A stretch of DNA of 64,000 nucleotides from Hyphomicrobiales bacterium (GCA_041397845.1 JAWKVW010000004.1:12104-76103); one strand, 5' to 3'. Numbered from the stretch's first letter, positions 10,401 through 21,867 are shown. Notes: a model not told the origin generated them from the sequence alone. Numbers and translations are program-made.

Positions 10401-11051
10401 ATGACCGACACCGCCCCTCTCCTCGCCATTGCCCGCCGCGGCCTGATGCTGGTGCTTTCCTCGCCGTCGGGCGCCGGCAAGTCGACCCTGTCGCGCATGC
10501 TGCTCGACAGCGATCCGGACATCACCATGTCGGTGTCGGTGACGACGCGGCAGATGCGGCCGGGCGAGGTGGACGGCGTCCACTATCATTTCATCGACAA
10601 GGCGAAATACGCCGCGCTGCGGGCCGAGGACGGCCTGCTCGAATATGCCGACGTGTTCGACAATTCCTACGGCACGCCGCGCGCGCCGGTCGAGGCGGCG
10701 CTGAAGGCGGGCAAGGACGTCCTCTTCGACATCGACTGGCAGGGAACGCAGCAACTGCACGAGAAGGCCGGCAAGGACCTCGTCCGGGTGTTCATCCTGC
10801 CGCCGTCCGGCAAGGAGCTCGAGGCGCGGCTGCACCGCCGGGCGCAGGATTCGGACGAGGTGGTGCGCCGGCGCATGGCAGCGGCCTCGAACGAGATCAG
10901 CCACTGGGCCGAATACGACTACATCATCGTCAATGACGACCTTGAGGAAAGCATCGCGGCGATCCGTGCTATCGTGAAGGCCGAGCGGCTGAAGCGCGAG
11001 CGCCGGGTCGGGCTTTCCGATTTCGTGCGCCGGCTGCAGGCCGACCTTTGA
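10401..11051 (+). CDS. gmk: Guanylate kinase
   Basis: P-loop SSPSGAGKSTL, TTRQMRPGEVDGVHYHF, DIDWQG. Confidence 0.93.
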   Translation: MTDTAPLLAIARRGLMLVLSSPSGAGKSTLSRMLLDSDPDITMSVSVTTRQMRPGEVDGVHYHFIDKAKYAALRAEDGLLEYADVFDNSYGTPRAPVEAALKAGKDVLFDIDWQGTQQLHEKAGKDLVRVFILPPSGKELEARLHRRAQDSDEVVRRRMAAASNEISHWAEYDYIIVNDDLEESIAAIRAIVKAERLKRERRVGLSDFVRRLQADL

Positions 11052-11205
11052 CGGCGGCGCGAATCGGCCAGCGGCGGATAATCCGGCAAGGGTCCGGCAC
11101 ATCTTCTCCACAGGATATCCCCGCTAATAGCGGCGATATCGCGAATGCAGTCCGCGGCCGCCTTCCGGCTTCCGTCCCGGGACTTGGCGGAGTACCGATA
11201 GCCGG

Positions 11206-12723
11206 ATGAGCGAACAGACAGGCAAGGCAATGACGGCGATCGCACGGCGGCCGAACGAGACGGCCGAGGCGGCGTTCTACAGGACGGCGCCGCACAACAT
11301 CGAGGCGGAACAGGCGCTGCTTGGCGCCATCCTCGTCAACAACGAGGCGTTCTACCGGGTCTCCGACTTCCTGGAGGCCGGGCACTATTTCGATCCCCTG
11401 CATCGCAAGATCTTCGAGACGGCGAGCCAGCTCATCCGGGCCGGCAAGATCGCCACGCCGATCACGCTGAAGACGTTCCTGCCGGCCGAGGAGCGGCTCG
11501 GCGACATCACCATCGCGCAGTATCTCGCCCGCCTCGCGGCCGAGGCGACGACGATCATCAACGCCGAGGACTACGGCCGCACGATCTATGACCTCGCGAT
11601 CCGGCGGAACCTCATCCTCATCGGCGAGGACATGGTCAACATCGCCTTCGATGCACCGGTCGACATGGCGCCGCGCGAGCAGATCGAGGATGCCGAGCGG
11701 CGGCTGTTCGAACTGGCCGAAAAGGGCCAGTTCAACGCCGGCTTCCACCGCTTCTCGGATGCGCTGAAGGCGGCCATCGACATGGCCGGCAATGCCTATC
11801 AGCGCGACGGCCACCTCTCGGGCCTTGCCACCGGCCTTGACGACCTCGACGAGCGCATGGGCGGCCTGCAGTCGTCGGACCTCATCGTCCTTGCCGGCCG
11901 CCCCGGCATGGGCAAGACGGCGCTTGCCACCAACATCGCGTTCAACGTGGCGCGCGCCTACCGCTCCGAGCAGAGGCCGGACGGCAGCATGGAAGCGATC
12001 GACGGCGGCATCGTCGGCTTCTTCTCGCTGGAAATGTCGGCCGAGCAGCTCGCCACCCGTATCATCGCCGAGCAATCGGGCGTACCGTCCGAACGCATCC
12101 GGCGCGGCAAGATCGACGAGGACGAGTTCGCGCGCATCGTCTCTGTGGCGCAGGAACTGCAGGCGATGCCGTTCTACATCGACCAGACCGGCGGCCTGTC
12201 CGTGGCGCAGCTTGCGGCGCGGGCGCGGCGGCTGAAGCGCCAGCGCGGCCTCGACTTCCTCGTCGTCGACTATCTGCAGCTCCTGCAGGGCTCCAGCAAG
12301 CGCTCGTCGGAAAACCGCGTGCAGGAAATCACCGAGATCACGACCTCGCTGAAGGCGCTCGCCAAGGAGCTGCACGTGCCGATCATGGCGCTGTCGCAGC
12401 TCTCGCGTCAGGTCGAAAGCCGCGACGACAAGCGGCCGCAGCTTTCCGACCTTCGCGAATCCGGCTCGATCGAGCAGGACGCCGACGTCGTCATGTTCGT
12501 GTTCCGCGAAGAGTATTACATGAAGAACAAGAAGCCGAAGGAAGGCACCGAAGAGTTCTTCAAGTGGCAGGGCGAGATGGAGCAGGTCGCGGGCATTGCC
12601 GAGGTCATCATCGGCAAGCAGCGACATGGTCCGACGGGCACCGTGCCGCTGCAGTTCGACGCCGAGGTGACGCGCTTCGGCAATCTGGCGCGGCCGGACT
12701 ACATGCCGGCGCGGATGGACTGA
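11206..12723 (+). CDS. dnaB: Replicative DNA helicase DnaB
   Basis: PHNIEAEQALLGAILVNN, Walker A AGRPGMGKTALATN, VVDYLQLL, ALSQLSRQVESR, IIGKQRHGPTG. 505 aa, with no intein-sized insertion. Confidence 0.95.
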   Translation: MSEQTGKAMTAIARRPNETAEAAFYRTAPHNIEAEQALLGAILVNNEAFYRVSDFLEAGHYFDPLHRKIFETASQLIRAGKIATPITLKTFLPAEERLGDITIAQYLARLAAEATTIINAEDYGRTIYDLAIRRNLILIGEDMVNIAFDAPVDMAPREQIEDAERRLFELAEKGQFNAGFHRFSDALKAAIDMAGNAYQRDGHLSGLATGLDDLDERMGGLQSSDLIVLAGRPGMGKTALATNIAFNVARAYRSEQRPDGSMEAIDGGIVGFFSLEMSAEQLATRIIAEQSGVPSERIRRGKIDEDEFARIVSVAQELQAMPFYIDQTGGLSVAQLAARARRLKRQRGLDFLVVDYLQLLQGSSKRSSENRVQEITEITTSLKALAKELHVPIMALSQLSRQVESRDDKRPQLSDLRESGSIEQDADVVMFVFREEYYMKNKKPKEGTEEFFKWQGEMEQVAGIAEVIIGKQRHGPTGTVPLQFDAEVTRFGNLARPDYMPARMD

Positions 12724-12751
12724 CCCGATCCCTCAGACGCAGGACATCGCC

Positions 12752-13909
12752 ATGCAGGCCGAACATCCGAGCAATGCGGCGCCGGACCATCCGGGGCCCG
12801 GCGATGCCGGCGCGCTGCTGACCATCGACCTGAAGGCGCTTGCCGACAACTGGCGGCTGCTTGCCGACATGGCGTCCGGCGCCGAGTGCGCCGGCGTCAT
12901 CAAGGCGGACGGCTATGGCATCGGCCTCGAACATGCGGCGCGCATGCTGTTCGCCGCCGGCTGCCGGACCTTTTTCGTTGCCCTGCCCGAAGAAGGCCGG
13001 CGCGCCCGGGTCGCGGTTCCGGGCGCGACGATCTACGTGCTCGACGGGCTGATGCCGGGCCATGCCGCCGACTACGCCCGCGACCATCTGCGGCCGGTGC
13101 TCGGCAGCGGCGACGAGATTGCCGAATGGTCGGCCTTCTGCCGGCTGGCCGGCGACCATCCGGCGGCGGTTCATGTCGACACGGCGATGAACCGGCTCGG
13201 CCTTCGCATCGACGAGGCGGCGATGCTGGCGGCGGATGGCGAGAGCTTTGCGGCGTTCACGCCGGCGCTGGTGATGAGCCACCTTGCCTCGGGCGACGAT
13301 CCGGACGACCCGCTGAATGCCCGCCAGCTCGACCGGTTCGGGACCGTCCGGGCGCTGTTTCCCGGCGTTCCGGCGGCTCTTGCCAATTCCGCCGGCATCC
13401 TGCTCGGCCCGGCCTATCATTTCGATCTCGTGCGGCCCGGCATCGCGCTTTACGGCGGCTCGCCGCGGATTGCCGGCTTCGACAACCCGATGCAGACGGT
13501 CGTGACGCTGGAAGCGCGGGTGCTGCTGGTGCGCGAGGCGCGGGCCGACGAAACGGTCGGCTATGGCGCGGCCGAGACGCTGGTGCGCGATTCCCGGCTG
13601 GCGGTGGTCGCGGTCGGCTATGCCGACGGCTTCCACCGGGCGGCCAGCTCCAGCGACGCCCATGCCGGCGGGCGCGGCGTCATCGCCGGACGGTCAGTGC
13701 CGATCGTCGGGCGAATTTCGATGGACCTCATCGCCCTCGACATCACGGACCTGCCGGAGGACGCGGTGCGGCGCGGCGATCTCGTCGAGCTCATCGGCCC
13801 GAATGTCAGCGTCGACGAGGTAGCGGCCAATGCCGGCACCATCAGCTACGAGATCCTGACGAGCCTCGGGCGGCGCTACCGGCGCCACCACATCGGGCTC
13901 GGGGCCTGA
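12752..13909 (+). CDS. alr: Alanine racemase
   Basis: PLP-Lys motif AGVIKADGYGIG, SMDLIALD, TISYEILTSLGRR. Confidence 0.9.
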   Translation: MQAEHPSNAAPDHPGPGDAGALLTIDLKALADNWRLLADMASGAECAGVIKADGYGIGLEHAARMLFAAGCRTFFVALPEEGRRARVAVPGATIYVLDGLMPGHAADYARDHLRPVLGSGDEIAEWSAFCRLAGDHPAAVHVDTAMNRLGLRIDEAAMLAADGESFAAFTPALVMSHLASGDDPDDPLNARQLDRFGTVRALFPGVPAALANSAGILLGPAYHFDLVRPGIALYGGSPRIAGFDNPMQTVVTLEARVLLVREARADETVGYGAAETLVRDSRLAVVAVGYADGFHRAASSSDAHAGGRGVIAGRSVPIVGRISMDLIALDITDLPEDAVRRGDLVELIGPNVSVDEVAANAGTISYEILTSLGRRYRRHHIGLGA

Positions 13910-13912
13910 GCG

Positions 13913-15316
13913 ATGGCGCGGCGCAGCCCTCGCTATGTCTGCCAGTCCTGCGGCACGGTCACCAGCCGGTGGGCCGGGCGCTGCGAATCCTGCGGCGAAT
14001 GGAACTCGATCGTCGAGGAGAGCGACGGCGGTATCGGCGCCGGCCCGGCAAAGGCGACGCGCAAGGGCCGGGTCATCGACCTCGTGCCGCTGGCCGGCGA
14101 CACGCGCGAGGCGCCACGGATCGCCAGCGGCATTTCCGAGCTCGATCGCGTCACCGGCGGCGGCTTCGTCACCGGCTCGGCGCTGCTCGTCGGCGGCGAT
14201 CCGGGCATCGGCAAGTCGACACTGCTTCTGCAGGCCGCCGCCGCCCTCGCCAAGAAGGGCAATCGCGTCGTCTATGTCTCGGGCGAGGAGGCGACCGGAC
14301 AGGTGCGGCTTCGGGCCGAGCGGCTCGGTCTTGCCGAGGCGCCGGTGGCGCTCGGGGCGGAGACGAGCGTCGAGGACATTCTCGCCACGCTCGACGCCGG
14401 GCCGACACCGGCACTCGTCGTCGTCGATTCGGTGCAGACGCTGTGGACGGACACGGTCGAATCGGCGCCGGGCACGGTGACCCAGGTGCGGGCGAGCGCG
14501 CAGGCGCTGGTGCGTTATGCCAAGACCACGGGCGCGACCGTCGTTCTCGTCGGCCACGTCACCAAGGACGGGCAGATCGCCGGACCGCGGGTCGTCGAGC
14601 ACATGGTCGATGCGGTGCTCTATTTCGAGGGCGACGGCGCGCGGCAGTTCCGCATTCTCCGGGCGGTGAAGAACCGCTTCGGCCCGACCGACGAGATCGG
14701 CGTCTTCGAGATGACCGGCGCCGGGCTCGTCGAGGTCAAGAACCCGTCCGAACTGTTCCTTGGCGACCGCGACAAGACGAGCCCGGGGGCGGCTGTGTTC
14801 GCCGGCCTCGAGGGCAGCCGGCCGCTGCTCGTCGAGATCCAGGCGCTTGTCGCGCCCTCGCCGCTCGGCACGCCGCGTCGCGCCGTCGTCGGCTGCGACC
14901 AGAACCGTCTGGCGATGGTCATCGCGGTCCTGGAGGCGCGCGCCGGGGTGCGGTTCGGCACCCACGACATCTACATCAACGTCGCCGGCGGCCTCAAAGT
15001 CACCGAGCCGGCAGCCGACCTTGCGATCGCCGCAGCGCTCGTCTCCTCGCTTGCCGGGCTTGCCCTGCCACACGATTGCGTCTATTTCGGCGAAGTCAGC
15101 CTGTCGGGCGCGGTCAGACCGGTGGCACAGAGTGCGGCACGGCTCAAGGAAGCGGGAAAACTCGGCTTCCGGCGGGCAGTGGCACCGAAAACCGGCAGCG
15201 AGGATGGCGAAAACAGCGGCATCCTCGTCAAAGGCGCGGAAATGCTGACTGACCTCGTCGCCGGAATCGCGGCGGGCGGCAAGGCGCGGGCAAATGTCGC
15301 AAGCCTCGAGGATTAG
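13913..15316 (+). CDS. radA: DNA repair protein RadA
   Basis: Zn ribbon CQSCGTVTSRWAGRCESCGEWNS, Walker A GGDPGIGKSTLLLQ, RILRAVKNRFG, Lon-like C-terminal domain. Confidence 0.95.
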   Translation: MARRSPRYVCQSCGTVTSRWAGRCESCGEWNSIVEESDGGIGAGPAKATRKGRVIDLVPLAGDTREAPRIASGISELDRVTGGGFVTGSALLVGGDPGIGKSTLLLQAAAALAKKGNRVVYVSGEEATGQVRLRAERLGLAEAPVALGAETSVEDILATLDAGPTPALVVVDSVQTLWTDTVESAPGTVTQVRASAQALVRYAKTTGATVVLVGHVTKDGQIAGPRVVEHMVDAVLYFEGDGARQFRILRAVKNRFGPTDEIGVFEMTGAGLVEVKNPSELFLGDRDKTSPGAAVFAGLEGSRPLLVEIQALVAPSPLGTPRRAVVGCDQNRLAMVIAVLEARAGVRFGTHDIYINVAGGLKVTEPAADLAIAAALVSSLAGLALPHDCVYFGEVSLSGAVRPVAQSAARLKEAGKLGFRRAVAPKTGSEDGENSGILVKGAEMLTDLVAGIAAGGKARANVASLED

Positions 15317-15473
15317 CGGCGCGCGCCGAAGGTTGTGGTAACGACTTTGCACGAATGGAATAGCCCGCCAGCGGCGCGGGTGTGATATAGAGGCCGCGAA
15401 TTCCGGCTTCGGCGTCCCGAAAGGCGTTCGCCGGAGCCGAGCCGAGAGCACCAGCCGCCAGGGAAGGCCGAAT

Positions 15474-16115
15474 ATGCCGATCACCCTCCTCGACGGAATC
15501 GTCATCGCCGTCATGCTTCTGTCCGCCATCCTGGCGATGATCCGCGGACTGGTGCGCGAAGTGCTGTCGCTTGCCTCCTGGGCGGCGGCGGCGGCGGCGG
15601 CCTGGTACTTCTTCCCGATCCTGCTGCCGATTGCCAAGGAGCACATTGCCGAAGACATCATCGCCAAGGGCGTGGTCGTCGGCGGTACGTTCCTGCTCGT
15701 GCTGCTGATCGTCTCCTATGTGACGATGCGGATCTCCGATTTCATGCTCGACAGCCAGATCGGCGCGCTCGACCGCTCGCTCGGCTTCGTGTTCGGCGCG
15801 GCGCGCGGGCTCTTGCTTGCCGTCATCGCGGTGATGTTCTTCAACTGGCTGGTGGCGCCGGACCGGCAGCCGACCTGGGTCGCAGGCGCCAAGTCGAAGC
15901 CGATGCTCGACGGGCTCGGCAACCGCATCGTCGCGGCGCTGCCGGAGGATCTGGAAAGCACGATCCTCGACCGGGTGAAGAAGAAGGTGCTCGGCAACAA
16001 GGAGCAGGCGGGCGGCGAAGCGGCCCCGGCCGAGACCGACACCGATCCGGCCTACAATCCGACCGAGAGCCAGAAGCTCGAGCAGATGATCCAGAATTCC
16101 GCGCCGGCCCGCTGA
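15474..16115 (+). CDS. cvpA: CvpA family membrane protein
   Basis: Four predicted TM helices, N-terminus DGIVIAVMLLSAILAMIRGLVRE. The cvpA-purF arrangement is classical. Confidence 0.85.
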   Translation: MPITLLDGIVIAVMLLSAILAMIRGLVREVLSLASWAAAAAAAWYFFPILLPIAKEHIAEDIIAKGVVVGGTFLLVLLIVSYVTMRISDFMLDSQIGALDRSLGFVFGAARGLLLAVIAVMFFNWLVAPDRQPTWVAGAKSKPMLDGLGNRIVAALPEDLESTILDRVKKKVLGNKEQAGGEAAPAETDTDPAYNPTESQKLEQMIQNSAPAR

Positions 16116-16239
16116 CCACGGCAGCCGGGCGCGTTGATCGTATTCGCGAGGAGCCGCAGCGGCTCCCCATTGTCATAGCGGTACATGCCGGCTGGCCGGC
16201 AGGATGCCCGCAGGGGCAGGCAGCTAAGGATGCGACGTC

Positions 16240-17709
<1,470 letters not shown>

Positions 17710-17758
17710 GGCGGTTATCCCTCGCCTTTCGATCTGACATCCTGACCGGAGGACCCCG

Positions 17759-18508
17759 ATGAGCGACAAGCCGCTTGAAGGTCGTATCGCGCTGGTGACC
17801 GGCGCTTCGCGCGGCATCGGCTATCACGCCGCGCTGGCGCTTGCCGCTGCCGGCGCCCATGTGATCGCCGTGGCGCGCACCCAGGGCGGCCTCGAGGAAC
17901 TCGACGACGAGATCCAGGCGGCGGGTGGCGGCGGCGCGACGCTGGTGCCGCTCGACCTCATGGATTTCGAGGGCATCGACCGGCTTGGCGCTGCCATCTA
18001 CGAGCGCTGGGGCAAGCTCGACGCGCTGCTCGGCAATGCCGGCGCGCTCGGCCAGCTCGCGCCGATCGGCCACATCGATCTCAAGGTCTGGGACAAGACC
18101 CTTGCCGTCAACGTCACGGCGAACTGGCGGATGCTGCGCTCGTTCGACCCGCTGCTGCGCCGCTCCGACGCCGGCCGGGCGCTGTTCCTCACCTCCGGCG
18201 CGCCGCACAAGTGCCGCGCCTTCTGGGGCGTCTATTCGGCGACGAAGGCGGCGCTCGAGGCGCTGGTGCGGACCTATGCCGACGAGCTGCGCAACATCTC
18301 GCCGGTCCGGGCCAACCTGCTCAACCCCGGGCCGATGCGCACGGCAATGCGGGCCCAGGCGATGCCGGGCGAAGACCCGATGACGCTGCCACATCCGTCC
18401 GAGATCGCCCCGACGATCGTCGAGCTGCTGTCGCCGTCCTTCACCGAGACCGGCGTCATCTACGACTTCCCGTCGCGCAAGGTGCTGTTGCCGCAGATGC
18501 CGGCCTGA
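17759..18508 (+). CDS. SDR family oxidoreductase
   Basis: TGASRGIGYHAALALA, catalytic YSATKAALE. Confidence 0.85.
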   Translation: MSDKPLEGRIALVTGASRGIGYHAALALAAAGAHVIAVARTQGGLEELDDEIQAAGGGGATLVPLDLMDFEGIDRLGAAIYERWGKLDALLGNAGALGQLAPIGHIDLKVWDKTLAVNVTANWRMLRSFDPLLRRSDAGRALFLTSGAPHKCRAFWGVYSATKAALEALVRTYADELRNISPVRANLLNPGPMRTAMRAQAMPGEDPMTLPHPSEIAPTIVELLSPSFTETGVIYDFPSRKVLLPQMPA

Positions 18509-18544
18509 GTTCGGCGGCCGGGGCCCCCGGTTCCGCCTCTATTC

Positions 18545-19512
18545 GGGATTTCCCCCTCACCCAACCGTCTCTTCAATATCGGGTTTCCCCTCACCCAACC
18601 CTCTCCCCAAGGGGAGCGAGGGCTTGATCCGCGGCCCGCGATAGCGCCCTCACCAAAGGGGGCGAGGGCTTGTGCTGCAACGCCCCGAGAGGCCGAGGCC
18701 GGCCCGGACGGCGGTGGTCCATTCGGTGGGCGCTGGCCGCTTCGTTTGGCATGGGTAATTCGGTGAACGCTTCGGCATACGCAGCGCTATCCCTCGCCCT
18801 TTCAGGGAGAGGGATGCCGGAGCTTCGCTTTGACGGCACGTCAAAGCGTTAGCGAAGGCCGGGTGAGGGTGTGACTGGACCCTGAACGGTCCACTTCAAG
18901 CGACCCAAAAGATCCCCCTCACGCCCAACCCTCTCCCCCAAGGGGGAGAGGGGAACTTTGGGCAGCAGCTTTTCGAGGGGCTGTGGCCAACCCCGATCCA
19001 TGGCGCGGGTTAATTCGGCAAGCGCTACGCCACATTCGGCGCTATCCCTCGCCTTTCAGGGAGGGGGATGCCGGAAGCTTCGCTTTGACGGGCCCGTCAA
19101 AGCGTTAGCGAAGGCCGGGTGAAAGTGTGAGCTGGACCTTCGTGCGCGAATTTCAATGCCCGCGAAATCCCCCTCACCCAACCCTCTCCCCCAAGGGGCG
19201 AGGGCTTGGGCAGCAGCTTTTCAGGGGGCTGTGGCCAACCCGGATAGCGCGGGTTAATTCGGCAAGCGCTACGCCACATTCGGCGCTATCCCTCGCCCTT
19301 CCAGGGAGAGGATGCCGAGCTCGCTTTGACGGCAGTCAAAGCGTTAGCGCGAGGCCGGGTGAGGTGTGACTGGACCTGAACGGTCCACTTCAAGGACCCA
19401 AAAGATCCCCCTCACCCAACCCTCTCCCCCAAGGGGGGAGAGGGCTTGGTCTGCGGCCTGCGATAGCGCCCCTCAACCAGCCTGCTCCCCCAAAGGGGGC
19501 GAGGGCTAAGGA
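18545..19512. repeat. Array of mosaic REP/RIME-like intergenic repeats (about three tandem 240-255 bp units plus partial units)
   Basis: Module A (cccctcacccaaccctctcccccaagggg.gagggc) occurs at ~18587, 18913, 19168 and 19407. Module B (gctatccctcgccctttcagggagagggatgccgg.gcttcgctttgacggc.cgtcaaagcgttagcgaaggccgggtgagggtgtgactgg) occurs at ~18785, 19040 and 19284. Each module contains short hairpins. Confidence 0.9.
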
Positions 19513-19533
19513 AATCCCCGCCGGCGCCGGTTT

Positions 19534-20952
19534 TCAATCGCCGATCGACCAGAACGTGCCGGCCGCCGTCAGATGCGGCTGCAGCGCCCGTTCCTCGGGG
19601 GTCTTGCCCTTCAGCACGGCGATCATGTCGGCGATCACCTTTTGCTTGGTCGCATAGTAGGAATGGAATTCCGGTACGTTCCAGGGCGTCACTTCGATCT
19701 TCGTGGCGTCGATGATCTGATAGCCGTCGATGACGGTCAGCGGCGTGCCGAGGCGCTCGACGGCGTTGATCGTCGAGGAAATGTTGAGCGCGCCGTCCTT
19801 CTCGGAGGTGTAGATCACCCAGTTGGCCGCGAGCGGGCGGATCTCGGCGGCGATCTGCTCGGAAAAGAGGCCGGCGTCGAAATCGGGCGCGGCGAGGATC
19901 ACCGTCTCGAACATCGGCTCGGCGGCGTTGCGGTAGGCGATCAGGCGCAGGCTCTGCAGCAGCACCTGGCTGCCCATCGAGTGGGCGACCACATGGACGC
20001 GCTTGTTGCCAACCCGGGCGTGGAGCTTCCGGAAGAATTCCTCGGCGTATTTGACGCTCCAGTAGGCGTCCTCGCGGTCGGCGTTATAGCCGACGAGCGA
20101 GCCATCGGACGGCCACGAAAAGGCAACGACCTCGCCGGGGAAGCCGAAATCGAAGGCAATCTGGGCGCCGCGGCGCACGGCCTCCTCGAACGGCACGTTG
20201 AAGCCGTGAATATAGACGAGAATGTCGTCCTCGGCGGCGTCCGAGCCAAGCGCGTCAAAGAACTCGCGCTCGCCGAGCTTCGACAGGTCCGCGATGTAGA
20301 TGTGCTTGCGCGGATCGTTCAGCGCCTTGATCTGCATCCAGGGCGTCTCGAGCTGGCCGCGCTTGTGGCTCCTGGGGATGTTGACCTCGGCCTTGCCGTA
20401 GTGCAGCGCGCGATCATGGGCGCGGGCGCCGGAGAAGAAAACGTCGGCGCCGGCCGGCTCGCGGTTGGTGGCAAAGAAGATGGTCTGGAGATAATTGCCG
20501 TCCTCGCCCTCGACGAAGCCGCGCGTCTTGAGGTCTTCCTGGCCTTCGGTATAGGCCTCCTTCATGGTCGCGGCGGGCGCCTCGGGCGCTGCCGCCACCG
20601 GCCCGTCCTCGAGATAGGCAACGATGTCGGCCACCTTGGTCGGGGTCTTCTCGGGCTCGGCCTTGCCATAGGCATCGCAGAGCTCAAGCACCGCATAGAC
20701 GACCTCGGTCAGGTCGAGCTGCAGGTTGCGGACGAGGTCGGTCTCGGCCTTCAGCTTCTCGAGCGGCACGCCGAGGCGGCGCGACAGGAACGTACGGACC
20801 TCGTCGAGGCGATTGCCCTTTTCGAGGTTGAAGGCCCGCGAACCGCCATCGGCAGCCATCACCGGAGCCGCCGCAACGACCACGCCGAGCAGGACCGCTG
20901 CGGCCAAAGTCTTGAAAATCCCGCGCGCAAACATCGCCATCTTCCAGTCCAT
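19534..20952 (-). CDS. Secreted two-domain protein: ACP-like (serine-less) N-domain + DUF900-type alpha/beta hydrolase
   Basis: Signal peptide MAMFARGIFKTLAAAVLLGVVVAAAPVMA. ACP-fold-like LDEVRTFLSRRLGVPLEKLKAETDLVRNLQLDLTEVVYAVLELCDAYG. DUF900 core IFFATNR...VYIHGFN...VVAHSMGSQV. Start uncertain (ATG 20952, 20940 or 20934; the longest ORF reaches 21018). Confidence 0.75.
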   Translation of the reverse strand: MDWKMAMFARGIFKTLAAAVLLGVVVAAAPVMAADGGSRAFNLEKGNRLDEVRTFLSRRLGVPLEKLKAETDLVRNLQLDLTEVVYAVLELCDAYGKAEPEKTPTKVADIVAYLEDGPVAAAPEAPAATMKEAYTEGQEDLKTRGFVEGEDGNYLQTIFFATNREPAGADVFFSGARAHDRALHYGKAEVNIPRSHKRGQLETPWMQIKALNDPRKHIYIADLSKLGEREFFDALGSDAAEDDILVYIHGFNVPFEEAVRRGAQIAFDFGFPGEVVAFSWPSDGSLVGYNADREDAYWSVKYAEEFFRKLHARVGNKRVHVVAHSMGSQVLLQSLRLIAYRNAAEPMFETVILAAPDFDAGLFSEQIAAEIRPLAANWVIYTSEKDGALNISSTINAVERLGTPLTVIDGYQIIDATKIEVTPWNVPEFHSYYATKQKVIADMIAVLKGKTPEERALQPHLTAAGTFWSIGD

Positions 20953-21030
20953 CAATTGTGTCCGTCGCCGAGGAGCTACGCCCCGGGCGCGGCGAGAAGA
21001 TGACAGCCGCCGCGCCATTTCCTGCTTTTT

Positions 21031-21867
21031 TCAGAGAACCTTCTGCGTCTGGACGCCAAGGCCCTCGACTCCCAAATGCATGCTGTCGCCGGCTTTCAGG
21101 AAGCGCTGCGGCTTTTTGCCCATGCCGACGCCCGGCGGCGTGCCGGTGGTGATGACGTCGCCCGGCTCCAGCGCCATGAAGCGCGACAGATAGGAAACGA
21201 GCGTGCGGACGGAAAAGACCATCGTCGCCGTCGAGCCGGTCTGCATGCGCTCGCCATTGACATCGAGGAACATCGCAAGGTTCTGCGGGTCCGGCACCTC
21301 GTCGCGGGTCACGAGCCAGGGACCGAGCGGGCCGAAGGTCGGGGCGCTCTTGCCCTTCACCCACTGGCCGCCATGCTCGAGCTGGAACGCCCGTTCGGAG
21401 ACGTCGTTGCAGACGCAATAGCCGGCGACATGGTCCAGGGCATCGTCTTCGGAAACGTCGACGGCGCGCTTGCCGATGACGACGGCGAGTTCGACCTCCC
21501 AGTCGCCCTTTTCGGAGCCCTTCGGCAGGACGACGTCGTCGTTCGGGCCGTTGAGGCAGCTCGGGGCCTTGGTGAAGACGACAGGCTCGGCCGGCACGGC
21601 CATGCCCGATTCGGCGGCGTGGTCGGCATAGTTGAGGCCGATCGCGATGAAATGGCCGACGCGCGGCAGGCAGGCGCCGATGCGCACCCCCGGGTCGACA
21701 GCCGGCAGGCTCGCCGGGTCGATGGCGGCAAGGCGGGCGAGCGCCGCATCGCCAAGGACCGCCGCGTCGATGTCCTCGACATGAGCGGAAAGATCGCGGA
21801 TGGTGCCGGCGGCATCGACGAGGCCGGGACGCTCGGCGCCCTTCTGGCCAAAACGCAAGAGTTTCAT
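21031..21867 (-). CDS. Fumarylacetoacetate hydrolase (FAH) family protein
   Basis: Start ATG 21867 (MKLLRFGQKGAERPGLVD), GDWEVELAVVIGKRA, ITTGTPPGVGMG. Confidence 0.85.
   Translation of the reverse strand: MKLLRFGQKGAERPGLVDAAGTIRDLSAHVEDIDAAVLGDAALARLAAIDPASLPAVDPGVRIGACLPRVGHFIAIGLNYADHAAESGMAVPAEPVVFTKAPSCLNGPNDDVVLPKGSEKGDWEVELAVVIGKRAVDVSEDDALDHVAGYCVCNDVSERAFQLEHGGQWVKGKSAPTFGPLGPWLVTRDEVPDPQNLAMFLDVNGERMQTGSTATMVFSVRTLVSYLSRFMALEPGDVITTGTPPGVGMGKKPQRFLKAGDSMHLGVEGLGVQTQKVL

Noticed and set aside
11104-11112. DnaA-box-like TTCTCCACA upstream of dnaB.
   Set aside because: A single copy with one mismatch to TTATCCACA, and no cluster of boxes or AT-rich unwinding element. Expected by chance.
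12886-15252. 788-aa + strand ORF spanning alr and radA, and similar very long ORFs (4200..5843 -, 6639..8177 -, 10969..12627 -, 13694..15667 -, 20684..22828 -, 28397..30286 -, 39082..41109 -, 45774..47816 -).
   Set aside because: Their translations are Arg/Pro/Ala/Gly-dominated with no motifs. They lie off-frame or antisense to genes with unmistakable conserved motifs. They are typical shadow ORFs caused by stop-codon scarcity in high-GC DNA.
18545-19512. Possible CRISPR array, given regularly spaced repeats.
   Set aside because: The whole 240-255 bp unit is repeated, so the 'spacers' are themselves homologous between units. The short repeated modules are imperfect and palindrome-rich like REP elements. 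No cas genes are present in the window.
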